From Alphaproteobacteria bacterium (lineage in GTDB: Bacteria; Pseudomonadota; Alphaproteobacteria; GCA-2746255), in contig OZ252220.1 of the NCBI GenBank assembly GCA_965249135.1, positions 1,792,001-1,856,000 of the forward strand: a stretch of DNA of 64,000 bases, given 5' to 3'. The notes under the pieces are model-generated. The model did no database searches, had not been told where the DNA came from, and saw only the letters and a program-made list of their open reading frames with translations. Numbering within the stretch: position 1 is the stretch's first letter; the number at the start of each line of letters is the position of its first letter. Position numbers and translations under genes: made by a program. Shown piece after piece: positions 36,788 to 46,252 of the stretch.

Positions 36788-38719
36788 ATGTGCGGTATCG
36801 CCGGTTTTCTCCGTAGCGATGGGGGCCCAGCCCAAGAATTCTCCAGGGAACTCGATGTGATGGCCGACCTGGTGGCGCACCGGGGACCCGATGCGCGGGG
36901 CGCCTGGATCGATGATGTCGTCGCGCTCGGCCATCGGCGCCTGTCAATTCTCGATGTCAGCGATGCTGGTCTTCAACCAATGGAAAGCCGCTGCGGCCGG
37001 TACATGATCGCGTTCAATGGCGAGATCTACAATTTTCCAGAATTGCGTCGGACATTTCTCGATCCTGCCGGGATCGTTCCGAAGTCGGGTACCGACACCG
37101 AAGTGCTGCTTGAAGTTCTCGCCTGCCTCGGGCCGGAGCGAGCGCTTCCGCACGTCAATGGCATGTTTGCTTTTGCCCTTTGGGATCGCCGCGAGAGAAA
37201 GCTCCATCTGGCGCGCGACCGAGTGGGCATCAAGCCGCTCTATTGGGCGCGGCGCGGAAAGTTCGTTCTCTTCGCGTCGCAGCTCAAGAGTTTTACTGCT
37301 CATCCTGCCTGGACGAAGGAACTTTCGAATGTCGGAATCTGGGATTTTCTGCACCACACGAATATCGGCGAGGACCGGACAGCATTCGCCGAGTGTTGGA
37401 AGATGGAGCCGGCGCAGCATTTGATCATCGGGAGCGACGGCCACATTCAGAAGCGAAGTTTCTTTGATCTGGCGGCGCTGGCCGGCACGCGGAGAGACCG
37501 GGCTGCGGCATGGGGCTCCTATGAGGACGCGGTGGATGAACTCGACACGATCCTGCAGCAAGTCGTGCGAGACCAGTCGCGCGCTGATGTGCCGTTAGGC
37601 GCATTTCTATCCGGTGGCATCGACTCGTCGACCATCGTGGCGATCCTGCGGCAGGATCGGCCGGTCCACAGTTTTTCCATCGGATATGAGGAACCGGAAT
37701 TCGACGAGAGTGGTGACGCCCGGGAAATCGCCGGGCATCTTGGCACCGATCATACGGAATTCATTCTCACCCCCAGGCACGCGGCCGAGGTGATTCCGGA
37801 GCTTCCGTTCATCTACGACGAGCCCTTCGCCGATCCGTCGCAGATTCCGACGACGCTCGTTTCCAGGTTGGCGCGCGGTTCGGTTACCGTGGCGCTGTCG
37901 GGGGATGGTGGCGACGAGCTTTTTGCCGGATACGAGCGCTATGAGCAAAGCGTGGATATGTGGCGCTTTGCAGAGCGCGTGCCGAAGTGGTTACGACGCC
38001 CGATGGCTCGTGGGATCGGCAGTGTACCGCCAGTAGTCTGGAAGGCACTTCTTCGTCCTTTTCTGGCGGACGCAAGCCGAAGCATGCCGTATTACGCAAG
38101 GTTATTGCGCGAACCGGGCATCGCCGCCTACAACGAGCGGGCGAACTATCTTGGGGTGGGCTCGGCCTGTGCGATGGAGTCGCACTATGCATGCGAGACC
38201 GAGCGCCTGTTCCGCGCATCGTCGGACATGGGTAGCTCGCTTGATTCCTTGTTATATTCGGATCAGCGGCGCCGGCTCCCCGACTCGATGCTCACCAAGG
38301 TCGATCGTGCGAGCATGGCTTCGAGTCTGGAGATCAGAGTGCCACTGCTGGACAACAGGGTGCTCGAATTCGCCTGGTCTGTTCCCCGCGATTTCTTGAT
38401 CAGAGACGGCCGTCGTAAAGCGGTGTTGTGTGATGTTCTGGGTCGGTATGTGCCGCCGCCCTTATTCGAACGCCCCAAGAAGGGATTCCATGTTCCAATC
38501 AAGCTTTGGTTGGGCGGTGCGTTGCGGGAATGGGCGGAAAGCCTTTTGTCGGATCGGCTCAAGACTGTTTCGGCATTCCTGGACCGGGCTGTGGTGTACG
38601 ACATGTGGCGGCGTTACTTGGACGGTGATAGTGACCTGACGCATCCGATCTGGGTAGTTTTAATGTTCATAGCTTGGCACGCGAGCCTGGATGCCACCCC
38701 ATCGAGACGGGCGGCATGA
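36788..38719 (+). CDS. asnB: Asparagine synthase (glutamine-hydrolysing)-like amidotransferase
   Basis: MCGIAG, HRGPD, FNGEIYN, RDRVGIKPL, LSGGIDS, SGDGGDELFAGY, KVDRASM. Confidence 0.93.
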   Translation: MCGIAGFLRSDGGPAQEFSRELDVMADLVAHRGPDARGAWIDDVVALGHRRLSILDVSDAGLQPMESRCGRYMIAFNGEIYNFPELRRTFLDPAGIVPKSGTDTEVLLEVLACLGPERALPHVNGMFAFALWDRRERKLHLARDRVGIKPLYWARRGKFVLFASQLKSFTAHPAWTKELSNVGIWDFLHHTNIGEDRTAFAECWKMEPAQHLIIGSDGHIQKRSFFDLAALAGTRRDRAAAWGSYEDAVDELDTILQQVVRDQSRADVPLGAFLSGGIDSSTIVAILRQDRPVHSFSIGYEEPEFDESGDAREIAGHLGTDHTEFILTPRHAAEVIPELPFIYDEPFADPSQIPTTLVSRLARGSVTVALSGDGGDELFAGYERYEQSVDMWRFAERVPKWLRRPMARGIGSVPPVVWKALLRPFLADASRSMPYYARLLREPGIAAYNERANYLGVGSACAMESHYACETERLFRASSDMGSSLDSLLYSDQRRRLPDSMLTKVDRASMASSLEIRVPLLDNRVLEFAWSVPRDFLIRDGRRKAVLCDVLGRYVPPPLFERPKKGFHVPIKLWLGGALREWAESLLSDRLKTVSAFLDRAVVYDMWRRYLDGDSDLTHPIWVVLMFIAWHASLDATPSRRAA

Positions 38720-39567
38720 TGCTGAAGACCGCAAAAAATTGCCTCATGACGGTGACCATAAGATTGGTAGAGTTTTTCTTTTCTATCGGCGGGCCGGAGT
38801 TGCTGCACAATGTGGGGCAACGATTCATCCGCACGAGCCGTCTTGGGCTTGGCGCCTTTCCCGTCGGTTTCCGGCCCGAGGAAGTCGAGTATTTTCGAAG
38901 CGATTCCGGAGAGCATTTCAAGGCGGTCCGTGACTATGAGCAGGCTCTCGTCGCTACGGGCTGTGAAAACACCGACAATTTCGCCAAACGGGCGCGCTAC
39001 CTCATGCTGCACCAGTTCGCGCATGCGGCATTCGACCGCCTCGGTGGCGAGGGTGAGATGGCGGAGTGTGGATGTTGGCGGGGACATTCAACCTTTATGT
39101 TGGCACGCATCGCGGAGGCGAGAGGAATTTCCGCATTTCACGTATTCGATTCCTTCGAAGGGCTTTCCGAATACGGCGAAAAAGACCAAGGGGGGCTGTC
39201 CCCGGCGGACCCGCGGCTCGCCGATGCGCGCCGACGGCATTTTGCGGCGGATATCGAAAGCGTCCGAAGGACGCTCGCGCCCTTCGATTTCGTACGTTTG
39301 TACAAGGGCTGGATTCCGGAACGTTTCCCCGCGATCGCAGACCGACGGTTCAAATTCGTCCATATTGATGTCGACCTCTATCGGCCCTACGTCGACTCGA
39401 TCGAGTTCTTCTATCCGAGGCTCCTCGAAGGCGGCGTTATCGTGTTCGACGATTACGGTTCCGCCGGCTTTCCAGGAGCGCGCAAGGCCGTCGACGAGAT
39501 GCGTGAGCGGTTTAAGCCGAGCCTGAGCCTCTACTTTCCGTTGGGCGGCGGCGCCTGGGTAAAGTGA
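38716..39567 (+). CDS. TylF/MycF/NovP-family O-methyltransferase
   Basis: AECGCWRG, FDSFEGL, KGWIPERF, VHIDVDLY, VFDDYG. Confidence 0.88.
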   Translation: MMLKTAKNCLMTVTIRLVEFFFSIGGPELLHNVGQRFIRTSRLGLGAFPVGFRPEEVEYFRSDSGEHFKAVRDYEQALVATGCENTDNFAKRARYLMLHQFAHAAFDRLGGEGEMAECGCWRGHSTFMLARIAEARGISAFHVFDSFEGLSEYGEKDQGGLSPADPRLADARRRHFAADIESVRRTLAPFDFVRLYKGWIPERFPAIADRRFKFVHIDVDLYRPYVDSIEFFYPRLLEGGVIVFDDYGSAGFPGARKAVDEMRERFKPSLSLYFPLGGGAWVK

Positions 39568-39586
39568 CGTCCGGCCAGAGAGTGTC

Positions 39587-41350
39587 GTGCTGACGCTCGA
39601 TTTGTATGGTCCGGCCTATCAGGGCCGGTCGGGCAAGCCCGGCTTCGTTCTTCCGACGAGTACGGAAGAGCAGGAGACGTGGTTGGGCCGTGTCGCAAGC
39701 TTGCCGCCGCTCACAGAGAACGGTCAGCGCGACTTCCTCGCAGACTACCGCAGCATCATGGACGGTTTCGACGATGCCAATGCGCAATCGGATGCCTATT
39801 GGTACAGTGCCTTTGGTTCGAGGAATGCGCAGAATTCAAGCTTGTACCATGGATTGGAGCAGCTTTGGCGTCTCGATCAGCAATTGACTCGGTTGGATGT
39901 GCAGGGTTCACCGATCGGCCTGGTTATCCCGGAGCGGTGCATGCTGCAGCCAGTTCGACAACTGGCCCAGTTGCGTGGAATAAGGACGCAGTTACGGGAT
40001 GGATTTCCCGCGCATCGCTGGCTAGATCCATTGCGGCGCCCATGGGGGGCGCTCCGTTATCTGCTCATCTTGTGCGACTATGGGCGTATGCACGGCGACT
40101 ATGGGCCAGCCGGAAATGACGTACTCATCGTCACGGTGTCGGCAGATGAATTGCTGCGGCCGGAACGCTCCGTTCGCGATTTCATTTTCGGCGAATTGCC
40201 AGCCGACCTTGCGAAAGCAGGCTGCAAGGTGCTCATGGTGGCGCAACTGACGGGGCAGATCCAGTCGGCCGCCGGGCGCGCCCATACTCTGCCGCCGCCT
40301 CCCGTCAGGACGCTTGTCGACCTCGCCCGCCCGCGCGATGTCTTTTCCGCTATTTTGCGAGCTGCGGCGTGGCGCCCGGCGGTGGGCCGGGTGCGAAGCA
40401 GGCTGGGCATAGAGCTCTTGTCGCTATTTAGGAACGACGTGCAAATCTGTCGTTGGCGCGACCTACCTACGGCATTTCTTTTGCGCAGGGTTCTCGATCG
40501 GATGCTGGACCGAAACCCGCGGGCTGTGTTGGCTTATCCGTTTGAGAATAATGGTTGGGAACATGCCTGCCAGAGCGCTGCGCAGGCAAGGCACAGCTTT
40601 ACCGCGGCCTTTCAACACAATGCGCTCGTGCCATCTTCGGAGAAGATCTACGCTTCCCGCCGTCGCCCTCATCCCAATCGGATCATCGCCATGGGGCCGG
40701 CCGCAAAGACCATGCTGTGCGACAGATTCGACTATAGTGCAGAAGTTGTATGCGTCGGCTATGCTATGCGCCAATCTGCTGTCTATCGGCATGTTCCGAA
40801 GACCGCTGCGCCACAGACCGTAAAACGCATTCTTGTACTGCTGCAAGGTACGGCGGATTCGGTAGCGCTTATTAATCTGCTTGTCGACGCTTTTTCGGAC
40901 CGAGGAGGATTCTCGGTGACGTTCCGTCCGCATCCAGCCATCCCGCTTGCCGGACAACTCCAGAAGACCAAGCTTGCCGAGCTTCGACCCCCTTTCCTGG
41001 CTAGCAGTAAGAGTGACCTTTATGCCGATATACTCGACCATGATGTGGCGGTGTCCGCAGGATCTACGGCGGGTTGGGAAGCCGTAGCCCTAGGTGTGCC
41101 GACCATCCATGTGGACTTGGGATTTGCCGCGTCAAACAATCCGATGCTCGCCGAGCCGGCCCTGTGCCGTACAGCACACAATGCGGAGGAGTTAGTTGGC
41201 GCGTTACGGGACATCGCTGGACTCAGCGATAGCAAATTTAAGGCTGAAGCGCATCGAGCGCGCCGGTATTTTAAAGAATGTTTTTCCATGAAGAGCGACG
41301 ATGCCTTCAAACGGATTGTGGCCCTCTTTCCAGGCAACAGCGAAAATTAG
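39587..41350 (+). CDS. Hypothetical surface carbohydrate biosynthesis protein (GT-B-like)
   Basis: YPFENNGWE, FQH, TFRPHP, GSTAGWEAVALGVP. Confidence 0.55.
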   Translation: MLTLDLYGPAYQGRSGKPGFVLPTSTEEQETWLGRVASLPPLTENGQRDFLADYRSIMDGFDDANAQSDAYWYSAFGSRNAQNSSLYHGLEQLWRLDQQLTRLDVQGSPIGLVIPERCMLQPVRQLAQLRGIRTQLRDGFPAHRWLDPLRRPWGALRYLLILCDYGRMHGDYGPAGNDVLIVTVSADELLRPERSVRDFIFGELPADLAKAGCKVLMVAQLTGQIQSAAGRAHTLPPPPVRTLVDLARPRDVFSAILRAAAWRPAVGRVRSRLGIELLSLFRNDVQICRWRDLPTAFLLRRVLDRMLDRNPRAVLAYPFENNGWEHACQSAAQARHSFTAAFQHNALVPSSEKIYASRRRPHPNRIIAMGPAAKTMLCDRFDYSAEVVCVGYAMRQSAVYRHVPKTAAPQTVKRILVLLQGTADSVALINLLVDAFSDRGGFSVTFRPHPAIPLAGQLQKTKLAELRPPFLASSKSDLYADILDHDVAVSAGSTAGWEAVALGVPTIHVDLGFAASNNPMLAEPALCRTAHNAEELVGALRDIAGLSDSKFKAEAHRARRYFKECFSMKSDDAFKRIVALFPGNSEN

Positions 41351-41353
41351 GAC

Positions 41354-42301
41354 ATGTTGAAAATCAGCGTGATCATTCCCAGCTACAATCGCGCGGCGTT
41401 GCTAGGTCGCGCGGTAGAAAGCGTGCGGGCACAGAATTTCGAGAACTTGGAGATCCTGATCGTCGACGATGGCTCGAAGGACGATACGCTAGATATCGTC
41501 GCTAATTTACAGTGGGACGAGCCTAGAATCAGGCTGGTGCAACATCCGCAGAACCGTGGAGAGGCGGCGGCGCGTAACACCGGATTGCGCGAAGCCCGCG
41601 GGCGTCTCGTTGCCTTTCTCGATTCCGATGATGAATGGCTTGAAGGAAAGCTTCATCGCCAATATGCCGCACTGGAAGCAGCTGGTGGCGATGTGGCTGC
41701 GGTCGTGACCGGCTATATCGTCGTCGCTCCAGATGGTGCGCGGACTTATAATGATGCTTGGCATTTTCATAACGAAATCACGGTACGCAACCTGCTGGTC
41801 AGGGGCTGCGCAATTGGTCTGGGCGGGTGCATCCTGATGCGCCGCGAGGCAGCCCTGGCGGCGGGACCATTCGACGAATCCTTACGTCTGTACGTCGATG
41901 TAGATTGGCTCTGCCGGTTTCTCGACAGGTACCGCATGATTTCCATCAACGAACCCTATACGACCTATTACAAGGCGGCGCTCCGCGACGGCGCCTTTGT
42001 CGGGGCTGTGGCAAAGGCATTTCTAGAAAAGAACGCAGCGCTGATCGAACGCTTCCCACGGTCCGACCGCCGGCTGATTCTTGGCCAATTACACGAAAAT
42101 GTGGCTGTGAGCCACAAAGCGAACGGAAATCGTGCCGGCTTCCTGCGTGCATCCATGAAATCGCTGATTGCGAACCCAAAACGCCAACCTGGCGTTTATG
42201 TTGAGTTCCTTGAGAGCGCCTTGGGCCTCAATCTGCGGCAGCCTCTGTTGCAAATGCTAGGGCGAAGATCGGATCGAAACAACAAGGAGCAGATACCATG
42301 A
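41354..42301 (+). CDS. GT2 glycosyltransferase
   Basis: ISVIIPSYNRA, VDDGSKD, ARNTG, FLDSDD. Confidence 0.92.
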   Translation: MLKISVIIPSYNRAALLGRAVESVRAQNFENLEILIVDDGSKDDTLDIVANLQWDEPRIRLVQHPQNRGEAAARNTGLREARGRLVAFLDSDDEWLEGKLHRQYAALEAAGGDVAAVVTGYIVVAPDGARTYNDAWHFHNEITVRNLLVRGCAIGLGGCILMRREAALAAGPFDESLRLYVDVDWLCRFLDRYRMISINEPYTTYYKAALRDGAFVGAVAKAFLEKNAALIERFPRSDRRLILGQLHENVAVSHKANGNRAGFLRASMKSLIANPKRQPGVYVEFLESALGLNLRQPLLQMLGRRSDRNNKEQIP

Positions 42302-43239
42302 TTGGTAGTCTCAGCGTATCAAGCAAGGCGCTTCTCGCCTTTGCCAAGGAGCAGGGAATCGAACCGATCGGAACGCCGCCCGTGGAAGTATTCGATGCCG
42401 TAGAGCCGATTGACGCCGCCGGTTCGACACACGTTACGTTCTGCCGCTTTGACGACGACCGAGGCCGGCGCTGGCTTGAGACGACTCGCGCCGGCGCGGT
42501 ATTCATTCTTCCGCATCTCGCCGCTGAGGCACGCGAACGCCGCGAAGCCTTATACCTGCCCTGCGCGGTGCCTCGGTTCGGGTTGCTTCGTTTCATTGAA
42601 CGTTTCTGGCAAGAGCCACTTTGGCATCCGCCTAGTGGCCGCAACCCCGATATTCACGAATCCGCACGGCTTGACGACAATGTGCGAATAGGACCGTTTA
42701 CCACTATAGGCCCGGATGTCGAGATCGGCACCGAAACCGTGATTGGAGCCGGCGTACATATCACGCACAGTTCGATTGGCCGCGACTGTCTGATTGGCAG
42801 CAACAGCGTCGTCGGCGGACCTGGCTTTGGTTACGAAGACGACGATCAGACCAAAGAGGTGATTGAATTTCCGCAGATTGGCCGTGTCCGGATTGGCGAT
42901 CGGGTCAGACTGGGCGCGAATAATACCGTCGATCAAGCGGCGTTGGGCGAGACGGTGATCGAGGACGATTGCAAGTTCGACGACGGCGTTCACATCGGAC
43001 ACAACGCCAAAGTCGGCAAACGCTGCAAGATTACGGCCCATGCCATGCTTGCGGGCAGCGTGGTAATCGGCTCCGGTACCTGGGTCGGGCCTTCGGCGGC
43101 CATTCGGGACTGGCGGACAGTCGGTGAAGATGCTCTGATCGGTATTGGGGCGGTCGTTACGAAGGATGTGCCCGATGGCGCCACCGTCGTCGGCAACCCT
43201 GCCCACCCGATCGAACGAACAACTCACCGTTACCGTTGA
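42298..43239 (+). CDS. LpxD-like hexapeptide acyltransferase (glycan-locus paralog)
   Basis: N-terminal LpxD-like domain, GGPGFGY, PQIGRVRIGD, HIGHN, VVGNPA. Confidence 0.8.
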   Translation: MIGSLSVSSKALLAFAKEQGIEPIGTPPVEVFDAVEPIDAAGSTHVTFCRFDDDRGRRWLETTRAGAVFILPHLAAEARERREALYLPCAVPRFGLLRFIERFWQEPLWHPPSGRNPDIHESARLDDNVRIGPFTTIGPDVEIGTETVIGAGVHITHSSIGRDCLIGSNSVVGGPGFGYEDDDQTKEVIEFPQIGRVRIGDRVRLGANNTVDQAALGETVIEDDCKFDDGVHIGHNAKVGKRCKITAHAMLAGSVVIGSGTWVGPSAAIRDWRTVGEDALIGIGAVVTKDVPDGATVVGNPAHPIERTTHRYR

Positions 43240-43243
43240 GGCG

Positions 43244-43945
43244 ATGGACTCTGTGACCACAAATGTAACCGTGATTGCCGCACATCCGGATGATGAAGTG
43301 CTTGGGATGGGAGGGACCCTGGCTCGCCACCGCGCCATGGGCGACCGGGTCTACATTTTCTTTCTGTCGGACGGCATCACCGGACGCGATATTGTCTATG
43401 ATCCTGTGAAGCGCGCCGATGAGATCGAGGCTCGGCGCAAGGCGGCGGAAGCATGTGCCGAACTTATAGGACTAGAATCCATCGAATTCGAGGGCTATCC
43501 AAATCTTCGTATGGACCGCGAGTCGCTGCTTGATGTGACGCAACGGATAGAGAAGCGCCTTGAGCAGTGGGATGCGGAGATCGTCTATACGCATCATTCC
43601 AGCGATATGAATATCGATCATCGCGTAGCCTTCGACGCAACCTTGGTCGCGTGCCGGCCCATACCGGGACGAAGCATCAGGTCCATCCGCTGCTTCGAGG
43701 TCGGCTCGAGTACTGACTATTCGGTGCCATCTCTCGGCCACCCCTTCGAACCCAATCTCTTCATCGAAATCAGCGACTATCTGGATATCCGCCGGCAGAT
43801 GATCGAACGCTATGATATTGAAATGCGTGCTGCGCCGTTTCCCCGGTCGCAGGAGGTTCTCGATGCGCGCGCGACGGTGCGGGGTTCCCAAGTGGGGCTC
43901 GCGGCCGCAGAGGCCTTCATGGAAATTCGCCGCATCATCCGCTGA
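43244..43945 (+). CDS. PIG-L/LmbE family N-deacetylase
   Basis: AAHPDDEVLG, YTHH..DMNIDH, PRS, AEAF. Confidence 0.9.
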   Translation: MDSVTTNVTVIAAHPDDEVLGMGGTLARHRAMGDRVYIFFLSDGITGRDIVYDPVKRADEIEARRKAAEACAELIGLESIEFEGYPNLRMDRESLLDVTQRIEKRLEQWDAEIVYTHHSSDMNIDHRVAFDATLVACRPIPGRSIRSIRCFEVGSSTDYSVPSLGHPFEPNLFIEISDYLDIRRQMIERYDIEMRAAPFPRSQEVLDARATVRGSQVGLAAAEAFMEIRRIIR

Positions 43946-43947
43946 CG

Positions 43948-45276
43948 TTGCCACGACGTCGCCGCATTACATTGGAATCACCCACCACATCGACGGGATA
44001 CGACCAGCGCCAGCATTTAGACGTGGCGACTGGACCTCGGATTCTGTTCATTATCGGCAATCTCCGTCATGGTGGTGCCGAGATTCATTTAAGTATGATT
44101 TGTCCGCGTTTGCGGGAACGTGGGTTTCGGCCGGAAATTTTTCTTCTTACCGGTGGTGGCGAATTGGTCGACGACGTCAAGAACGCCGGAATACCAGTGC
44201 ATGAGCCGCTTTACAAGCTTCCTCCAAAGGCAGGTATTCTGCGACGGGTGTTTCGCCTGGGCGTGGTAACACTTCAGCTGTGGGTATTTCTTCTACGGCG
44301 AAGGTTTGACGTCGTGCACTTCTTTCTTCCAGAAAATTACGTCGTCGGTGCGCCAGTCGCTCTTCTCAGCGGGCATCGCCGGCTCGTAATGAGCCGCCGG
44401 AGCTTGAATTGCTATCAATCTAGGTTTCCTCTACTCGCCCGAATCGAGCGGTTTCTTCATCGGTGCGGTATCGCGATCTTGGGAAACTCCCGACGCGTGG
44501 TCTCGCAGTTGCATGAGGAAGAGGGTGTGCCGGAGGAGCAGCTTGGATTGATCTATAACGGTATAGACTTGACTGCTTACGCTTCAGCGCCCTCGCGGCA
44601 GGCCGTTCGCAATAAGCTTGGGATAGCTGATGAAGCGCTGGTGATGTCGATGGTGGCGAACCTGATTCCTTATAAGGGGCACGCCGATCTGCTTGAAGCA
44701 TTGCGGCTGGTTAAAGATGATCTGCCGGCCGGGTGGCGGCTTCTCGTCGTCGGCCGTGATGATGGTATTGGCCCCCGGCTGAAGTTGTTAGCTGCGCAAA
44801 TGGGATTGGCGGAGAACATCCTGTTCCTCGGCACGCGCAACGATGTCGCGTCTCTCCTGACCACATCGGATATTGGGATTCTGCCCTCGCATGAAGAAGG
44901 TTTTTCGAATGTGCTGGTTGAGGGCATGGCCGCGGGCTTGCCGATGATTGCGACGGATGTCGGCGGTAATGTTGAAGCCGTTGTAGATGACGTTACCGGG
45001 CTCATTGTTCCGCCAAAGGATCCTGCCTTACTCTCGGTGGCGATCATTCGTTTTGCAATGAATGCGGCCGAGCGTGCATCGATGGGAAACGCCGCCCGGC
45101 GCCGAGTACAGGAACTTTTTTCCATCGAGCGATGCGTAGACAACTATGAGCGCTTCTATCGCGCCTTCCTACGCGGTGCCAAGGTGGGAGAAATTCCCGG
45201 GATTCGCGCCAGCGATTTTGGTGGTTGCACTGAAAGCCGAGCGCCGTTGATGATGCATGCTGAAACCAGGAACTGA
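43948..45276 (+). CDS. GT4 glycosyltransferase
   Basis: GGAE, IYNGID, KGH, PSHEEGFSNVLVEGMAAG. Confidence 0.92.
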   Translation: MPRRRRITLESPTTSTGYDQRQHLDVATGPRILFIIGNLRHGGAEIHLSMICPRLRERGFRPEIFLLTGGGELVDDVKNAGIPVHEPLYKLPPKAGILRRVFRLGVVTLQLWVFLLRRRFDVVHFFLPENYVVGAPVALLSGHRRLVMSRRSLNCYQSRFPLLARIERFLHRCGIAILGNSRRVVSQLHEEEGVPEEQLGLIYNGIDLTAYASAPSRQAVRNKLGIADEALVMSMVANLIPYKGHADLLEALRLVKDDLPAGWRLLVVGRDDGIGPRLKLLAAQMGLAENILFLGTRNDVASLLTTSDIGILPSHEEGFSNVLVEGMAAGLPMIATDVGGNVEAVVDDVTGLIVPPKDPALLSVAIIRFAMNAAERASMGNAARRRVQELFSIERCVDNYERFYRAFLRGAKVGEIPGIRASDFGGCTESRAPLMMHAETRN

Positions 45277-45397
45277 TGAGGGGCGGTATCTGTCCAGGAA
45301 TGTCGCGAAGAGAAAACAATAAAATCAGTTAGTTAACGCATATTAAAGCATCCGAATTCCGGCTCGATGACCGGCACGACGTCTGACGAGGCCCCGG

Positions 45398-46252
45398 CTA
45401 GTCCGGCACGCCTTTGCTTCTGAGCTGTTCCTCGAGCCGCTCGATCTGGGTTTGAAGCGGAGCGAGCAGCAAGTGGTCCGCCGGCAGGTCTTTGGCAAGT
45501 TCTTGCCAGCGCTTCAACGCCGCTTCGTAGTCTTCTTCTTGGACGTCGGCGAGCCCGAGATAGTAGCGGGCGGAGAGGTCCTTCGGGTCGTAATCGAGGA
45601 CGGAAGCAAAAGCGCGCCTTGCTTCCTTCGTTACCTCGCCGTTTTCGGCCAGCACCAGGTTTTCGGCGTAGACCGCAAGGAGATCCGGCCGGTCCGTTCC
45701 CGCAAGGCCGACGGCATGGGCGGAAGCCTCGGACGCCTCCCGATAGCGGCCGAGAAAGCGGTAGGCTTCGGCCAAACGGATCCAGTCCTCCAATTCGTCC
45801 GGATTGTCCCGGAGTTTCTTCTCCTGTTTTTCCACAAACTTTGCCACCTCGCCGGTCGGGTCCGCCGTCGCACTTGCCGTGTCAAAGGGCCGGCTCTGGA
45901 GAAGGGGTGAGCCCTGAAACGCGTAGACGATGACGGCGCCGATGGTAAGGGTAAGCACAATCATGCCGGCCGTACGCAAGGGATCGAAATAGAACTCGGC
46001 TTTCGTCGTCGCTTCCTCCGCCTGAATCAACCGGTGTCCGATTTCGGTACGCACCGCTTCCGCTTCTTCCTCCGAAACCACGCCTGTGGCCCGATCGCGC
46101 TCAAGCTCCTTTAGCTGGTCGCGATAAATGGCTAGATCGCCCGTATTTTCGAAGAGCGATTCGATCTTCTTGCGGTGGCGGATGAAGGGGCGCACCAGAA
46201 GCACCAGCGCAATGCCGGTAAAAACGATGGCGAGTAGCCAGAAATAGCTCAT
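45398..46252 (-). CDS. ccmI: c-type cytochrome biogenesis protein CcmI (TPR)
   Basis: IYRDQLKELERD motif, two TM segments, TPR region; last gene of the ccm operon. Confidence 0.88.
   Translation of the reverse strand: MSYFWLLAIVFTGIALVLLVRPFIRHRKKIESLFENTGDLAIYRDQLKELERDRATGVVSEEEAEAVRTEIGHRLIQAEEATTKAEFYFDPLRTAGMIVLTLTIGAVIVYAFQGSPLLQSRPFDTASATADPTGEVAKFVEKQEKKLRDNPDELEDWIRLAEAYRFLGRYREASEASAHAVGLAGTDRPDLLAVYAENLVLAENGEVTKEARRAFASVLDYDPKDLSARYYLGLADVQEEDYEAALKRWQELAKDLPADHLLLAPLQTQIERLEEQLRSKGVPD

Noticed and set aside
36788-38719. Lasso peptide cyclase or housekeeping asparagine synthesis
   Set aside because: Intact N-terminal Cys glutaminase domain, no precursor or B protein; context fits a glycan amidotransferase
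1-45276. Mobile element or prophage
   Set aside because: No integrase, transposase, tRNA or phage genes in the window
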